Positions 38,801 to 53,546 of a DNA stretch of 64,000 nt are shown here, piece by piece. Position numbers and translations under genes: made by a program. Origin of the DNA: Epiperipatus broadwayi (Eukaryota > Animalia > Onychophora); NCBI GenBank assembly GCA_028023455.1, contig JAQFVV010000009.1, positions 8,060,001 through 8,124,000 of the forward strand, written 5' to 3'. The first letter of the stretch is position 1. Each line of letters begins with the position of its first letter. Below the pieces are notes generated by a model. That model was not told the origin of the DNA, did not search any database, and was given only the letters and a program-made list of their open reading frames with translations.

Positions 38801-41800
38801 CCTTCATTAATTAAAGTTCATTCATTTAAATATAAAGTGTCTATAGACAGTGATCAAAATATATTTACTTATTTAAAGTATATTTATCTAGGTTTTCATT
38901 TGTGTGTATTTTCCAACTGGTTGGCTTTTTTTTTGTTCTCCATCGATGGCTTCATGGCTTGTTTTCATTCTGTGACTTAGCAATGGGAGAGAGAGAAAGA
39001 ATAGTGATAGCATCTATTTTATGATTTTGGCATCAGTTTCCACCATTTGTTTCGGGCAGAATAACTGGCTTGCAGAGGTTTGGGGCATGAAGCCCTGTTA
39101 AACACATCTGTGGCTTATGTGGCTTCTTCATTAATGTTGACTGCTGCAGTAATTGACTGGCTTACTACTGTCTGAATATCTGGATCTCTGGTTGTTTGGA
39201 TTCTCCATTCTGTTTGAACTGGTGAATGATCTAGCAAGTTGCAGCCCCAACTGTATATCACAAACCAGACTAAATAATAATAAAGAGAATGACTTTATAT
39301 ACTTTTTCTCTCCTATTGTTTTAATTTCTTATTGTTGTTTTTAATTTAGATCTTAACTTGCAATGTCTTTTAATTAATTTTACATTTCTGGTTATCTTAA
39401 TCCCTTGCTCAGATTCATCTAAATGACCTCGATAAGATAGTTTACAGTTTTTTCATTAATTCAACTATTGATTTTGATTTTATTATTAATCAGAAATCTT
39501 ATAAACTAATTAATTACATTTTTGAAAGTTTTCTTTTACAAACAAAATTTTATTCTAAATTTTACATATTTATTTAGCTTTTACTTTATAAAAGCTCTTT
39601 TCTTTGAAAAAGAGAGAAAAAATTTTAGCTTTTCTTTAATTCTATTATACATTTCTCCCCCCTCCTGCTAAGAAGTTTTATTTTAAAAGAAAAATAGGGT
39701 GCAGTATTTTTATTTTTTAAAAAATCCACTTATAATTTAATTTTTTGTTAAAAAATTATGAACCATATAAAGCTGAATAGCGGTACAATATATATGTTTA
39801 TTTTATAGTATTTTAGCAGAAAAATAACTTAAAACATCCATTAAATATATATATTAACTTTATAAAATTATTAATTACAAGATATCTATTATTTTTAATA
39901 CTATTAGAAATATGACAGTTCAAATTATATACACTTTTTTATTTAAAAAATAATATGTAATATTTTTAATATGTTAACACTCTATGAATGTCATTATTTA
40001 AGATTTATAATTTCTTCAACTTACATTCATATATATGGTAATAGTCAAATATGTATAGTCAGCAAAACTAATCATAGGAACTAAGCAATGATCACTAACT
40101 CACATGTCTGTGTGTAACATTGATATAAACATTACCACAACAATACAAAATAAAACCTCATTACCTATGCCCCCAGGACAGTTTCCATGTGACTACCACA
40201 TCTGATGTTGACTCTTAAAACTAAAAATGCTAATTATGGTAAACAAAACAAATGTGAAAAGTAATAAGTATAAAAAATTTTATTAGTAACAATAAAAATT
40301 ACAATAGAACAAAGTGCATTGCCAGTTTTATATGTGGCTAATAATTAGGTTTAGATTTAGACTTAAGATTCTACTGAGTTTTTTATGGGGTTAAAAAAAT
40401 GAATTAGTGACTAAATAGTTTAATTATCACTAACTTAAATACAATAAAAAGACTATAGGCTTCACAAGTTTCAATTATCTCCAGGATGGACATTCTACAA
40501 TAATTTAACTATTAATTACTTCTCAATTGCTGTGATTGTTTATTTATATATACTAAAATTGTAATTATTAATACGTGATTGCCATTGACATAGAATTATG
40601 ACTGATGATACACTTGTAATATCAGGCTTATAAATACATTTAAAAAATACTGAATGTGGTTCCAGGTTATATAAAAGCAGAAGTTTATCCATTGATGAAA
40701 CAGAGATGGGGTATGCCCACCTTGGCAAGGCCATACACAAGAATTTCATGGATTAGAGAGTCATATAAAGCAGGAATAAATGTTTGCTCCTACAACCAGT
40801 AACAAACTTATCGTTATCATGGAGGAAATTTTATTTGTTTTGATGATGATAATGATAATAATAGGAAGATTATCCAAATATGAAAATATGTGACCATGTC
40901 TAAAGAACACTCAGCCAATCCATTTCCACAAAACAGAAATGATCATCTGCTTGAAGAACAAATATACAAATTAATAAAAAATATATAAATATAACACAGC
41001 AACACACCAATATAAATCCTTAACAATAATAAAATATTCTAATAATCTCTGCATACTTGAAATTCACCCTAAGATCATATATATATCAAGAAATACATTA
41101 TATGATAACTCAAGAGATCTGTGATTGAGATATATAATTATGATTAAACATTTACTTAAAATCAACAACTTATTGAGGCTAACATAAATTAAATGACATA
41201 TATTTGTCCCTTCAAAAAACATAAATTAACTTTATTTTTAATATTGCTTTTAAAACTAGGTCAACTTTTATTTTTATTAGAAAAACAAAATCTTAGAGCC
41301 AGGTGAGGAAGGAGGATTGAAATGTCTGCACTTTTGATTAATTAGCTTTCTTTTAGGGGGGGGTGATTCTAGGAATTTAAAAAATGAAAATATTTTTCCC
41401 AAAAGAGCTCTTTGTCACCTGATCATTCAATACCTAAATCTAGCATGTATGTATAATAACTTAAGAATGATCACACATAGCAATTTACACTTATTCATTC
41501 TTAACAAATGAAGGTTAATTTAATATGTGTAATAAGGTTATTCTGGAGACAGGCTGGTTACTTAGATTAGCATGATTAAAGATGGCTTAATCGACTAGGT
41601 AGCTTTTCATTTCTTGAATGGAAGCACAGCAAATCAGCAGGCTGAATACATAGGTTATTGCAAGAGCATTGGCACACAGTATAATTGGTTAGTGGACTTC
41701 AGATGGACAGCAATTCACAAACTACATTGAGATTCCAAACTCATGCTCCTCTGGGATAGTGAAGCTTCTACTCACAGGTTATCATTATACATAGCTTTTA

Positions 41801-43904
41801 GAGTCAAATTATTAATGAACTTCTTAAAACTTGGTGGATGGAGATCTTGTTAATACTCTTGAAGAATTTTCTTATAAAAAAACTTTGATTTCCATTTATA
41901 TAGGTATTTATACCATTTTTCAACAAAAGATATCTGGATTAGATTTAATTAAAAATATTTCTGCTGTTAATAATTTTGATTAGCTAATCTAAAATTTAAT
42001 GTTTTTTATTAATTAATAAAATTTTCCAAATTCTGAATATCTTTTGCTTCCTTGCATGCTTTATGGTAATTAAGCATCAATCAACACTTTTTTACCATAA
42101 GGCCAAATATTGTAAACATTAGCTTTTAAATAGATAATACCAAGACAATTATTTAATTAGATATGATTTTAATAATAATTATAAATGTAATTATGTCTTG
42201 TAATTAATCTGCCTTTACAAATTTTATCAAAATATCAGACTGCACCTGGTTATATAAAGCCTGGTGTTTTTTTTAACAATTTTGTTTTTGAGATTTAATG
42301 TAAATTAAACAAGATTTTAATATTATATATTAAATATGAGAAATATAGCTATCCAGAAGGCCATCATTTTGACTTTAATTATAAGCTAACCAAAACTTTT
42401 TAAGATTTAATGTAAACAAAAGATTTTATTATATTAAGCATGAGAAATGTAGCTCTCTTGAAAGACTGATGTTTCAACTTCAATTATACACTAATAAAAA
42501 CTAAATATAAATGATACTAAAGCATTATTTTTTCCCTTCACTATATACATATCAAACATGAATTTATGTACTGTAATCATATTTTTTTCCTGATTTAAAT
42601 ACTATACCTCTGTAATTAAAACATGTTTTTTCTGAGTGGTTTTGTAATGGCAGAGAGCATTATTTTTGTAATAATTGGTTGCTTTAACAATTTTTTTTTA
42701 AGATTTTATATGTATTAAAAAATTTAAATATTATATAAATTTCCAAATTTTAATAAAGCTAAATTAAAATTTACATTTTTAAATATACCTGTTATATTTG
42801 ATATTTATTGGAGTGTCCTCTGAATAAATTTTTTTTTTTGCTAGCATCTGACTAATTATAATAGTTTTTTTAGCTTTATTAATTGTTACCATTTATTAAT
42901 ATCAGAATACAAAAACACCTGTAATTTTTGTAATATTTTTTTTAATTGGTTGGTTTAACAATTTTTTTAAAAGATTTAATGCAAATATGTTTTATTTATT
43001 AAACATTGCTAATTTATAAAAAAATGTCTCATTTTAAATTAATATTGCTAAGTATGTCATTCATCTGAACTGTATTAGGGCATTGACAGAACATGAAAGC
43101 ACAGGGTGACTTAACATCAAATTACAAATCAGAGTCTGTGGCCGTTTCTACAGTTGAATGGAAATCTTTACTGCAAAATATATACTATATCTCTGTAGTT
43201 AAAGAGCACTCATACTGTTTTTCCCCAATGCTTTTTATTTAATGGCAGAATTACTTCCTTTGCATAAACATAGTGGCTACGACATCATTGGCATTGGACA
43301 AACATTCATTCACCAATTAAACAATAGAGAAAATACAGATTTTATATATAATATTGTTTCATGTTTCTTTTTTATCACTGACTTTTTTCTTTGTCACATA
43401 AATTTTATTTCATAGTTTCTCTTTATTTTTTTTTAGATCCTAAAACTATTCACCTTCATTCTCTATATTTTTTATTTTTGCTCTATTTCCTTCCACTTTA
43501 TTTTTCTCTTTTCTTTTAGTTATTTTTTGTATTTTCTTTTTTTAATTGCCCATTATCATTTTTTGACCTCTTCTTAATCTTTTTTATTAACTTACTTAAC
43601 TTTCATTATTTTCTTCCTACGTTGCTTTTTTATTTCTTCTTTTAGTTATATTTTTTTCAATTTTTTTCTCACTTCCCTATGCAAGGGTCTTTATTTTATA
43701 ATGCAAATTACATTTACCATAGCATAAGTGTATGCATGTTCATATGGAAAGCATATATATGAATTTATTTTTTATTCTTTACTGTTTCTTTATGGAAGAT
43801 TGATAAAAAAGCATTTATCCTGCAGTGGAATATTTAAAAATTGTTTTACATTTATATAAAATTATGTTGTAATTTAATGTAATTTTAAAACATTTTATTT
43901 TTAG

Positions 43905-44227
43905 GTGCATTCCGTGTAGAGATGCAACGTGAAAGTCAAAAAGATCGCACTATTTTATGTAAATATGATCCAACTGAACCTGGTGATTATCGCATTGAAG
44001 TCAAATGGTCAGGTGAACATGTACCTGGAAGCCCATTTCTTATTATGATTTTTGATACTCAAGAGGAATTATCCGATTTTTTAGGTAGGGAAACAATTGT
44101 TTCCAGAAATAACAATAGTACAAATTATGAAAATTCAATAACATCATATACAATTACAAGTAATAGTAATAGTAGTACAACTACCACCTATGAAAAATGG
44201 AAAACGATTACTGGTGCAGATATATGA
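43905..44227 (+). CDS. jbug: Filamin (jitterbug-like) terminal coding exon
   Basis: TTTTAG|G acceptor; encodes GAFRVEMQRESQKDRTILCKYDPTEPGDYRIEVKWSGEHVPGSPFLIMIFDTQEEL..., which I recognise as the jbug C-terminus; stop TGA at 44225-44227. Confidence 0.93.
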
Positions 44228-45160
44228 AACTATTGTCAATATAAAATTGAAAAGATTGTATGAAATCACACAAGATCACCGATGCCTTAATAAGGTTTAC
44301 TATTTTATTTCAGTCATTGCAGAGAATCAATAATTCTTAATTCCATTATGATAGGCAAAACTTCAACATTTTAATCTTAAAATATTTCAGGTTGTCAGCA
44401 TTGCAATATGTTATATTGTTTCTGGTCAGATTAATCTGATAGCAAACAAGTCTATTACTACACAGAAACTTTATGTCCAGTTTTGTATATTTTATTAATG
44501 TAATTTTATTTATTACAACTTGCATAAATAACGATATTTATGCTATTTTTTTTTTAACTTTGTTTGAAATGTGGCAATGATTAATATTTTCATGAGTGAT
44601 AAATATTAAATAAAGCTTATCTTTATAAGTGATTTTTTTTTGTTTTTAAATTATTAAAAAAGATGATAAGTAATGACGATCAAATGTCATCAATTTATCA
44701 TGCTGCCTAGTTACTCCATTTTTCTTTGGCAGAAAGCTTAATATAATGACAATCACTAAATATCAAAAACAATCAAGTTTTTTTTTTTTAAAAAAAAAAC
44801 TTATCAAAATGCATTTTTCCTAATAGAGATTATTTTTGTTGCTTATCATTTATAATATGCTTTTTCAAAATTCACCAGTTCTTTGTTTTTTAATATGATA
44901 ACAATCTAAATCACAAATTTGTGCTATGGAGAAATATCTAAAGAAATAATTTAATGATGTAACAATACTGCCATTTGATGTGTGGGTATGGGAAGGGGGG
45001 TGGGTATTTAAAGTGATAAACAAATTCATCGAATTATACATTGCCTGTAAACAGCAGAAAAAGTCTTTTTTTTTTTTAAAAAATCATTTTTCATAATAAA
45101 CATTATAAATTTTATTTATTAAATAAATGAATTAAATTTAATAATTTTGTACAATGTTGC
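44228..45160 (+). promoter_or_regulatory. Probable AU-rich 3' UTR with candidate polyadenylation signals
   Basis: Lies downstream of the stop, with AATAAA hexamers near 44588, 45095 and 45121 followed by TTTTGTACAATG. The true end cannot be determined from sequence. Confidence 0.4.
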
Positions 45161-46439
45161 TCAAACATTTATTAAATGTTTTACTTTTTAAAATGTGTAA
45201 ATATAACTTCTGAAATATAACCAATTGTTACTCAAGGGCCAAAGATTGAATGAGTTTTAATATAATATAGTAATGAAAGATTCATAAAGTATAATTTAAA
45301 AGGTTATAATTTGAAATCTTTACCAATCCATCTCTCTAGCTCATGTGAATGAAACAAGCAGGTTATTTTTATTTGAATTATATATGTATAAAAGTTCATA
45401 ATAAAGATTAATAATTATAATAGTTTGAGGTCTGTTTTAATTACATGCACACGCTTATAGTTATTTTCACAAACAATACACCAAAATTGTTTTAAAAAAT
45501 TAAACTATGGTTCCAGAGCCTGTACAGTGTGAACTTCCTCATGAGTGGTAAGGGCTATAATGTAAACTAAGTTCGTTTTTACAGATAGGACATCAAACCT
45601 CATATGACCAATCTCATATTAATCCAGTTTTATCTTTAGCCACTAATAGATAAACACTCATTTATCAACTAATACTATTTGGATAGTTATATTGGATTGG
45701 CTACCTAAAAGAAAATTCCTGTCTATTTGTAATTTGAAAAACTTTCAAAAGATTTCCCAGTCTAGACTTGAACCTCATGTCATATGCATAGTAGACAGAT
45801 ATACTAATCATTACCAATGATTGTTTTATATTGAAAAATATATAGAAATCCATTAATAATTGATTGACACAACACATTTTATATACAAGCAGATAAAAGA
45901 TAAACCATCTCACATCAAGGCAAAAGTCTCTTCTCCTTTCCCTGATGGAGAAACTGAAAAATAAGACTCTACTTACCAAGCTTGCCAATTGGTGTCAGGT
46001 GAAAATTTGAGCACTTTTATCATATTGTTTTACTCTCTAGTTACACGCCTATTTACCAACTAATATTATTATGTTTATCAAGCTTGATTTAAGCAAAATT
46101 TGATTGAAAATTTATCTGTCTTGACTCTAAAAAAAAAATTGTAAGTTTTACCTAGCTCAGGTTCAGAAGATATTCTATCATTGTATTATGAAACCCTTCT
46201 TTATTTATGAAAATATATAAAAATTTGTTAAAAATCAAAATAAACTGAGAAAAAATAATTAAAATTTGTACTGTAAGTTAAATTTCCGAATTTTTTTAAA
46301 AATTCAATGCTCTATAGTGGATTTGAGAACAAAGGAATTGAGTACTTCTCGTACTTGAACGTCTCATGCTTCCCTGAATTTTCAATTATTTGTTTATTTT
46401 TTTTATATAAAAGAAACTGAAAAGTATTCAAATTAAATA

Positions 46440-48280
46440 CAGGCAGTACCCTAGTTACAAACTTAATTGGTTCCTGACATGTGTTTGGAAGTTGAAATTG
46501 TTTGAAAGTAGAGGTCTGTTAAAAAAACATCAAAAAGGGTTTTCAAAATACAGTATTTATTTTTTATTGATTAGTATCTGGAGTTTTGTTTACAAATTTA
46601 TCAAGAGTTAATTAAATTGTATTCTTTTTCTTCTCTTGATAAAGAATTCTGTAACATTCTGCGTCTTTTTCCATTGCCCATAGTACACGAGATATACACT
46701 CTCCATTGGGATCACATTTTTTACATGATGGTCAAAAATTTGTCAAGATGCATGAAGACTTCATTCATATTCTTGATTGTCAAACTCTTAAAAATACATT
46801 CATTATCAGGTTCTTCTTCATTTTGTATTTCATTCATCTCTTCTAGTTGAATCAATTTTCATTTGACAAAGGTTCTGAGTGAGATTGCATTAACTCATCA
46901 ATATCTTCATCAGTGACATCTAAATTTAATTGATTCATTATATTGACTGTTTCAGTTGTAATATCTTCAGGAGTTTCTTCAATGTCTATAGAAGCATTCA
47001 TCATTTGTGAATATATTTTTTTTTCCAACAACCTTTCATTGTTGACTTATTTCAGCCCACGCAGCCCCAATAATATTTATTGCATTCCATATATTATAAC
47101 TTTTCCAAAAATCTTAGTGTAGGTCCACCTTCCTTGTCAATTGCCTTGATTGCTTGAATCACTAATCTTCTCATATAATACTGCTTAAAAGTAACTATCA
47201 CAGTTTGGTCCATAGGTTGTATTTCACTTGTGGTATTGGGAATAAATACAACATTAACTTCTGGATATAAATTTTGCAGAGATTTTGGATGTTCAGAAGA
47301 ATTATCTAAGAGCAATAGTGTTTTAAATGGTAAATTGTTTTTACTACAGAATTGCCTAACAGAAGGCACAAAATGATGTGAGAATCAATCTTGAAAAAGC
47401 TGCACAGTAGCCCAGGCTTTAGGATTTGATTTCCAAATGACTGGAAGCATTCTTTTATTTTTTCCTTTCAATGCTTTAGGATTTTCTGTCTGTTAAATTA
47501 ACATTGGCTAAAATTTAAAATCAACTAAATTACCTCCAAGAAACAATGTTAATCTGTTTTTAGAAGATTTATGCCCAGGTGCAACTGATTCTTCTTTTGC
47601 TAAATATGTACATGCAGGCATCTTTTTCCAAAATAATCCTGTCTCATCTACATTGAAGACTAGGCATGGAAAATAAGCTCCATCTTTAATAATAGAAAGT
47701 GGAAATAAATTCACTGGCAGTTTTCTTATCTGCACTGACACCTTCCCCAGTACATTTAATATTATGTAAAGAATATCTCATTTTAAATTTGTGAAACCAG
47801 CCATTGCTTGCTGCAAATTCAATAGCAGTCTTCTTTCTTTCAATCTTCATGCAAACTAAGAGCCTTAGCTTGAATAATTGATAAACTCACTGGGATGCCT
47901 TTTTGACGTTGATCTTCAATCTATAAAGCCAAAAATTTCTCCAATTCATCCATTACTCTGCCATGTCTTTTTGAAACAATCTTTGAATAAATATTTCCAC
48001 AATTTTTAACATATTCCTTAATTTTGTTCTTGTTTTTCACAATTGTATATATTATTGATTGGTTTAAATTACATAAACATGCGATTGAAGCAAAACATTC
48101 ACCATTTTCAGAACATCTATTTATACCTATTTTTGCCTTGACTGTTTGTGGTTTATGAGACCTTGATTTCTTTTTAGTTGTATCAATTGCTGTTTTTTCA
48201 TTTCTCATATTTTTAATTAATAATGAAAAAAAAATCATCAAAACAGAAATATATAGTGTATATTTAATGTAATCATGCAC
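46440..48280 (-). mobile_element. Tigger/pogo DNA transposon with decayed transposase
   Basis: TA followed by a CAGGCAGTACCCTAGTTACAAAC TIR at 46438-46462. Minus-strand fragments show HTH/CENP-B segments (FAASNGWFHKFK) and DDE_1 motifs NVDETGLFWK, LLLLDN and IQPMDQ, with frameshifts. The second TIR was not found. Confidence 0.9.
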
Positions 48281-51200
48281 AAACTACTTTTAAAAATAAG
48301 CACTAATCAAGACAGTCTATCAATGTCGGAGAGATAGAAAGATTTTAGTGTTTTATATAGGTTTTTATTGTTCTCTAAAATATACTTTTAATACATAATT
48401 TATGACTGATTTAATATATATGTGCACATGGAAATGTGTGTGCAAACTGATGTTTATATCATATTTGTCAAAATAATAAAATTCACACGTGTATATGTAA
48501 AAAAATATGAATTAATTTGTTCATTATCTAATGGTAAACAAATAAAGGTTTTTTAAAAAAAGTAAATATTAATTCATTTATAAGTTTTCTTTCCCTTTTT
48601 TTAAAAAAAAAATCACATCTTTGACAGGTTACTCTTGATTAATTATAAACGTCTTTCAAAAATAATACTCCAGCAAGTCTTTTGTTTTTCAATCTAGAAA
48701 GATTTTTAGAGTTTACTTTTTTTCAAAATAAAATTATCTATGAATCAATCCTTTGTTTTATTAGACTTAATTCAAGCAAAAATTGTTTTACTTTTATAGA
48801 TTTTAAATGTCATTTTTACTAAAGAAATTATTTTAAATAACTCATCAACTGTACTTTATATATATATGATGTCACATCTTTATCTGTGCTTGTATAGATA
48901 AAATAATAAGCATACCAACTAATTCTTTAACAAGCTGATGGATTCTCTTGGTAAGGTGTCCCCTTTTAAAACAGTAGACTGGCTTGTCATTTTTGAAATA
49001 TAATCCAGATAACTGTTGGTCTGCAATAAGATCTCTTCAGACTATTCTAATACTTATACGTGGGCTAATGAACCACAGAAAAACTGACCCTGACCTCCAT
49101 GTGAATCAAAACTTGACCAGGGTGAACTAATAGCAACCGGACTTGCACTGTCCTGCCTTCAGTTATAACTTCATAAGTTTTGCACAATCTGTAAAAAAGC
49201 ACCTCTAATCTTTTTTTCCAACCTTTTTATAGTGATGATGAAAAAGTTTTCCCATATCTTGATTAAAAAAAGTTAATGACTCTTTTCAATTCACTTCAAT
49301 CCTTTGAAAAACAACTTCCTTGAATTTTTATCACAATATATTATACAGGTTTTAATTAAGATTTCTTTAATCAAAATATAGTGAAATTTTATAATTACCA
49401 GTATATCTATAACATAAAAACATGCTTGTTTAAATTTCAAAATCAGAATTAATAAAATATTAATTAGACCTTTTTAAATGTTTAATTTATAATAAAAAAA
49501 ATTCAAACTCAAAATTATTTAATCCTTAACTGTTATTCCAGTGTAATATGAAAAATATCTACATAATTTTTTAATTTCTTTTCTTTTCAACTTTATATAT
49601 ATATGAACATACACACTACTGTGTGGTTGTGTCATGAGACATATAACTCACCTCAAGAGGAAAAGGAAAATAAACCATCCATATAACAATATTTTATGTA
49701 ATATACATGTATAATGAAAATAAAGTTCATACATCAAACTAGGTAATCAATTTTTTGAGATTTGATAGGTATCTGACAGCTAAAAGAATGGTGACTTGCA
49801 ATTCTGAGATAAACTTAGCCACTGGACTATAAGTACACAATGTGCCATGAACACTAAAAGGGCTAACTCAATTTAGACACTATAAACTACCACAATCCTT
49901 GATATGAAAAAAATGCAACTCTTTGTAAAGACCTGCTACTTTAAGTCTTAGGTGAAAAATATAGAATTATGTATTGCTCCCTTTTTGAGGTTTAGCGGCT
50001 GGAAATCATGGCACAACTGTTAACTGGATCATGATAAATAAAAAACATGAAAATCTGTTAAAGGGATTAGACCAATGTCTAAGAGAATACTCCATGGAGT
50101 TGCATGAAAACATTGCATCCTCAAGCCAACAAAACCCATTCATCACCAAAGCTGAAAGTACATCTAAATAAATTTCAAGTCAAAAACTCAATCCAATCTC
50201 CAAAATCATACTTTGATTTTCTGTTCAACTTTAATATGAACTCCTTAAAAAACATTATTTCTATAATTTATAATCAAATTGTAACCATCATCCTCTGTAC
50301 TCGTCACATTTCACAATAATCTTTAAATTAAATTTGTATCAAAATACAGAATTTTGTTTTTCATGTGTATTTCTGAGATTCAAGTTATGTGATCACTGAT
50401 TACTAGAACATGATCATCATTGGCTAACAGTTGGGTTGCCATTTGTAACAGTATGTAAAATAGGTTAATACAACAACTGGGGTTACAAGATTCTAGTTAT
50501 ATATCAATGGTAACAGTATGGAAAAACGGGTGAAACAAGGAAATAGAAATCATCAACCCCAGTTTAATACAAAATATAAAAAGAATGAGCATGAGAGATC
50601 AGCACAAAACTATAAATTCACCAGCATTAATCCTTCAACATCATGAATGATTAACAATAAAAATTAAATCAAGTCAATCTTGTGTCTGGATTTAATAGTG
50701 GTCCATTATCAGGCTAATTATTTAGCCACTGCCAAACCTATGGCAGGAATACAAACAATTATCTGGATACACATACTTAGATACTAAAAACATCCTGACC
50801 ATCATCAATGCTCAGGCTACTTAGTTCCATTAATATAATGGCCAATTATAAACTAAATTTCTGAGAAAATAATAAAATGCAATGCAGTGCATGGACTTTA
50901 AAGAATATCTCTTTTGTGCCAACCAGGATCATCATCTGGATACCTATAACATAAAACATAACCCCTATTCCATATAACCTATGCACAAATCTAGCCCAGG
51001 AAGCAATAACTCTATAAATTATTAGTGAGCAAGTGATAAATAAATAAAGCAACTTATTATAAATCACTTCAAATAATTCCTAGGTTTACCCTATTATAAG
51101 TAAAGTTTTATTGGGATCATTAAAAAAATCCTAGAACATTTTAAGTTGTCATGAAATAAAGTCACACACACTACAATTTATAAAACGAATTGGATAGAAT

Positions 51201-53237
51201 AAAAAAATTAAGAATAAAAAATATTTTTTAAAACAATTATTTAATAATTAACTGATTAACAATAAACAAAAAATATTGATAGTATAAAATTTTAAACAAT
51301 TATTTCATCAAAAAATATATTTTTATAAAAATTATATTAACCAGTTGATTTCTATTCATAAAATTTACTTTTAATTCATTAAGTTACTTCTTTAAAATAA
51401 TTAAGAGTTGGAAAAACAATATTTTCAAAATTAAAGATAATCTTTAATTTATTTAATTAAATTTTTAGGGGGGAGGTGAATGAAAGGAAAAAACATGCTT
51501 AAAAAAAAAAAATTAATTTAAATTTACAGCAAATTAAATTTTCTAGAAACTATTTCATGATTTTGAAGAGAAAATTGACTAGATTTTTTAAAAAAAATTT
51601 TTTCCCCCAATTTAAAACTTAATTTAAGGAAAATATTTAAAATTATTAATTCTTACAAAAAATATTTACTATACATAAAAATTTAGTGTGCACACAAAAA
51701 TACCTTTAACCATGATTTGATTTTCTGTAGAATCCTTCTCAATAAAAATTTCCAGTTTTTTTAAAGGATTCTACACATGAACATGATTAATTTGTCCTTT
51801 TTCTGGTCTGCAGTATTTCATTTAAAGATTATCAATAGCAAAATTTTGTCCATTTTCTTTTAATAAATTTCCCAGACAAGAACAACACAAAATTGTGCTT
51901 TTGGTTTCAGATTACTTTAGGGATAACTTCTCTACATTTTTATTTTAGTAAAGGTGGGTTACATGGAGTAAGATGATGTCTAGCTTTTAGCTGAATTTAG
52001 CAGTTTTTATTGTAGAAACCATTTTTATGACTAAACTCATAGAATTCTAAAAGCTTGTAGTATGCAACAGCTTAGTTAATCCTTTTTTCTTTAGCAACAG
52101 CATTAAGACATGACAGCTCTGTTCAACAACTATTAGGAATAATTCTTCTTACCAGACTGATTTTGTCACACACCCATTATTTTTTTCTAAAACAATCTTG
52201 CCAATCACAATCTGTCTCATATAATTTTTATAACCAATTAGATACATTTTTATAAATACAATTGTTCAGCCATTTCCCTCCTTTAATCATAGGCATTGAA
52301 AACAAGTCAAGAACTTGAATTAACATCATAAAATTCTTGGCACTCCTTTCCAATTAAAAAAAATTCTTGCAAAAAAAAAATCAGTTAGTTGCACTGATTT
52401 GATTTTTTGCATTAAAAGAGATAAAGAAAAACAACTCTGATTAAAAATAAAAGTTACTAAAGTATTAAAATCTTTTTTTTTCTTTTTAAAAATACTCTTA
52501 AACATAAAATTTTCTCTCTTAAGATTAAAATTAATATTATTAAATAATTTACAAAAAAGAGGAAATTTATTTTCTTAGTATATTTTTATAGTTTAAATTA
52601 AAACTAATTAATTATAATTACAAAAGAGAGAAAGAAAACAGATAACTAGTTTATATTATTTTATAAATTTCTCTCCCCTCTACAGTTGTTTATAACTTAT
52701 TAAAATATTTCCATATTATTATTTAATTAAATTTAATGTTTGAAAATTTTCATATTATTACCTTTGGGACTTAAAATATTTAGTTAAATGAAAACCCATT
52801 ATTAAAATATGCATGGAAAAAATATTTTCTCCATTATTTAAATAATTCTAAACTAAATGTGAGGAACATGCTGCCAATTATCTTTTTATTTTTAGTGCAG
52901 CTATGCAGCCAACTGGTTACAATATATATTGTAAACTGTATTTCAGCTTTTGGTTTATTTCCATATTGAATTTAATATTTTTTAATGATTGTACTATGAT
53001 GCAATCTGCTATATTAAATGTAATTTACCACTTTTTTCTCAAAATTAAATATCTTAGTAGAGGTTATACATATAACTTTTTCAACTGTTTTTATCAATAC
53101 AAATATTTTTCATTCAAATATAATCTACAGTTGATTTAAAAACAATTCTAAAAAAACATTATACTTAATAATTGTGTGCATTTCATCTTTCATATATAAA
53201 ACCTATTTAAATATAAATCTGATTGCGGTTAGTAATG

Positions 53238-53304
53238 TTAGGACTTGACACAACTAATGAAGAGGGTTCTTCTGAAACTAATTGTGAGCCTTGTAATGTC
53301 CTAA
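53238..53304 (+). ncRNA. Decayed type I hammerhead ribozyme with extended stem I
   Basis: TTAGGAC..ACAA-CTAATGA-AGAGG-GTT-CTTCT-GAAA-CT-AATTGTG-AG-CC-TTGT..GTCCTAA. All stems pair; two core substitutions (G5>A, U16.1>C). Confidence 0.65.
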
Positions 53305-53546
53305 GTAACAATTCAGACTTTGATCATTATAATAAAGAAAACTTTATAGTAATAAGGCATATCCCTGTATTAATTATATGTTATATATTTAATTTAATTA
53401 GTGAAATTTATATAAAATGGAATAAAGTTCAAGAATATATTTGTGATTTGCATACTCATTAAATAAAAAATACAATTATTAATATTATAATAATATCCTT
53501 TTCACATATACACATTGAATTAAATATTTTCACGAATTGTTATTAT

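Noticed and set aside
46935-46975. CTGAAGA...GAAA on the minus strand as a hammerhead
   Set aside because: No stem II can form, and it lies in Tigger transposase coding sequence.
53223-53462. 79-aa ORF overlapping the decayed hammerhead
   Set aside because: Non-ATG start, AT-rich composition and no recognisable domain.
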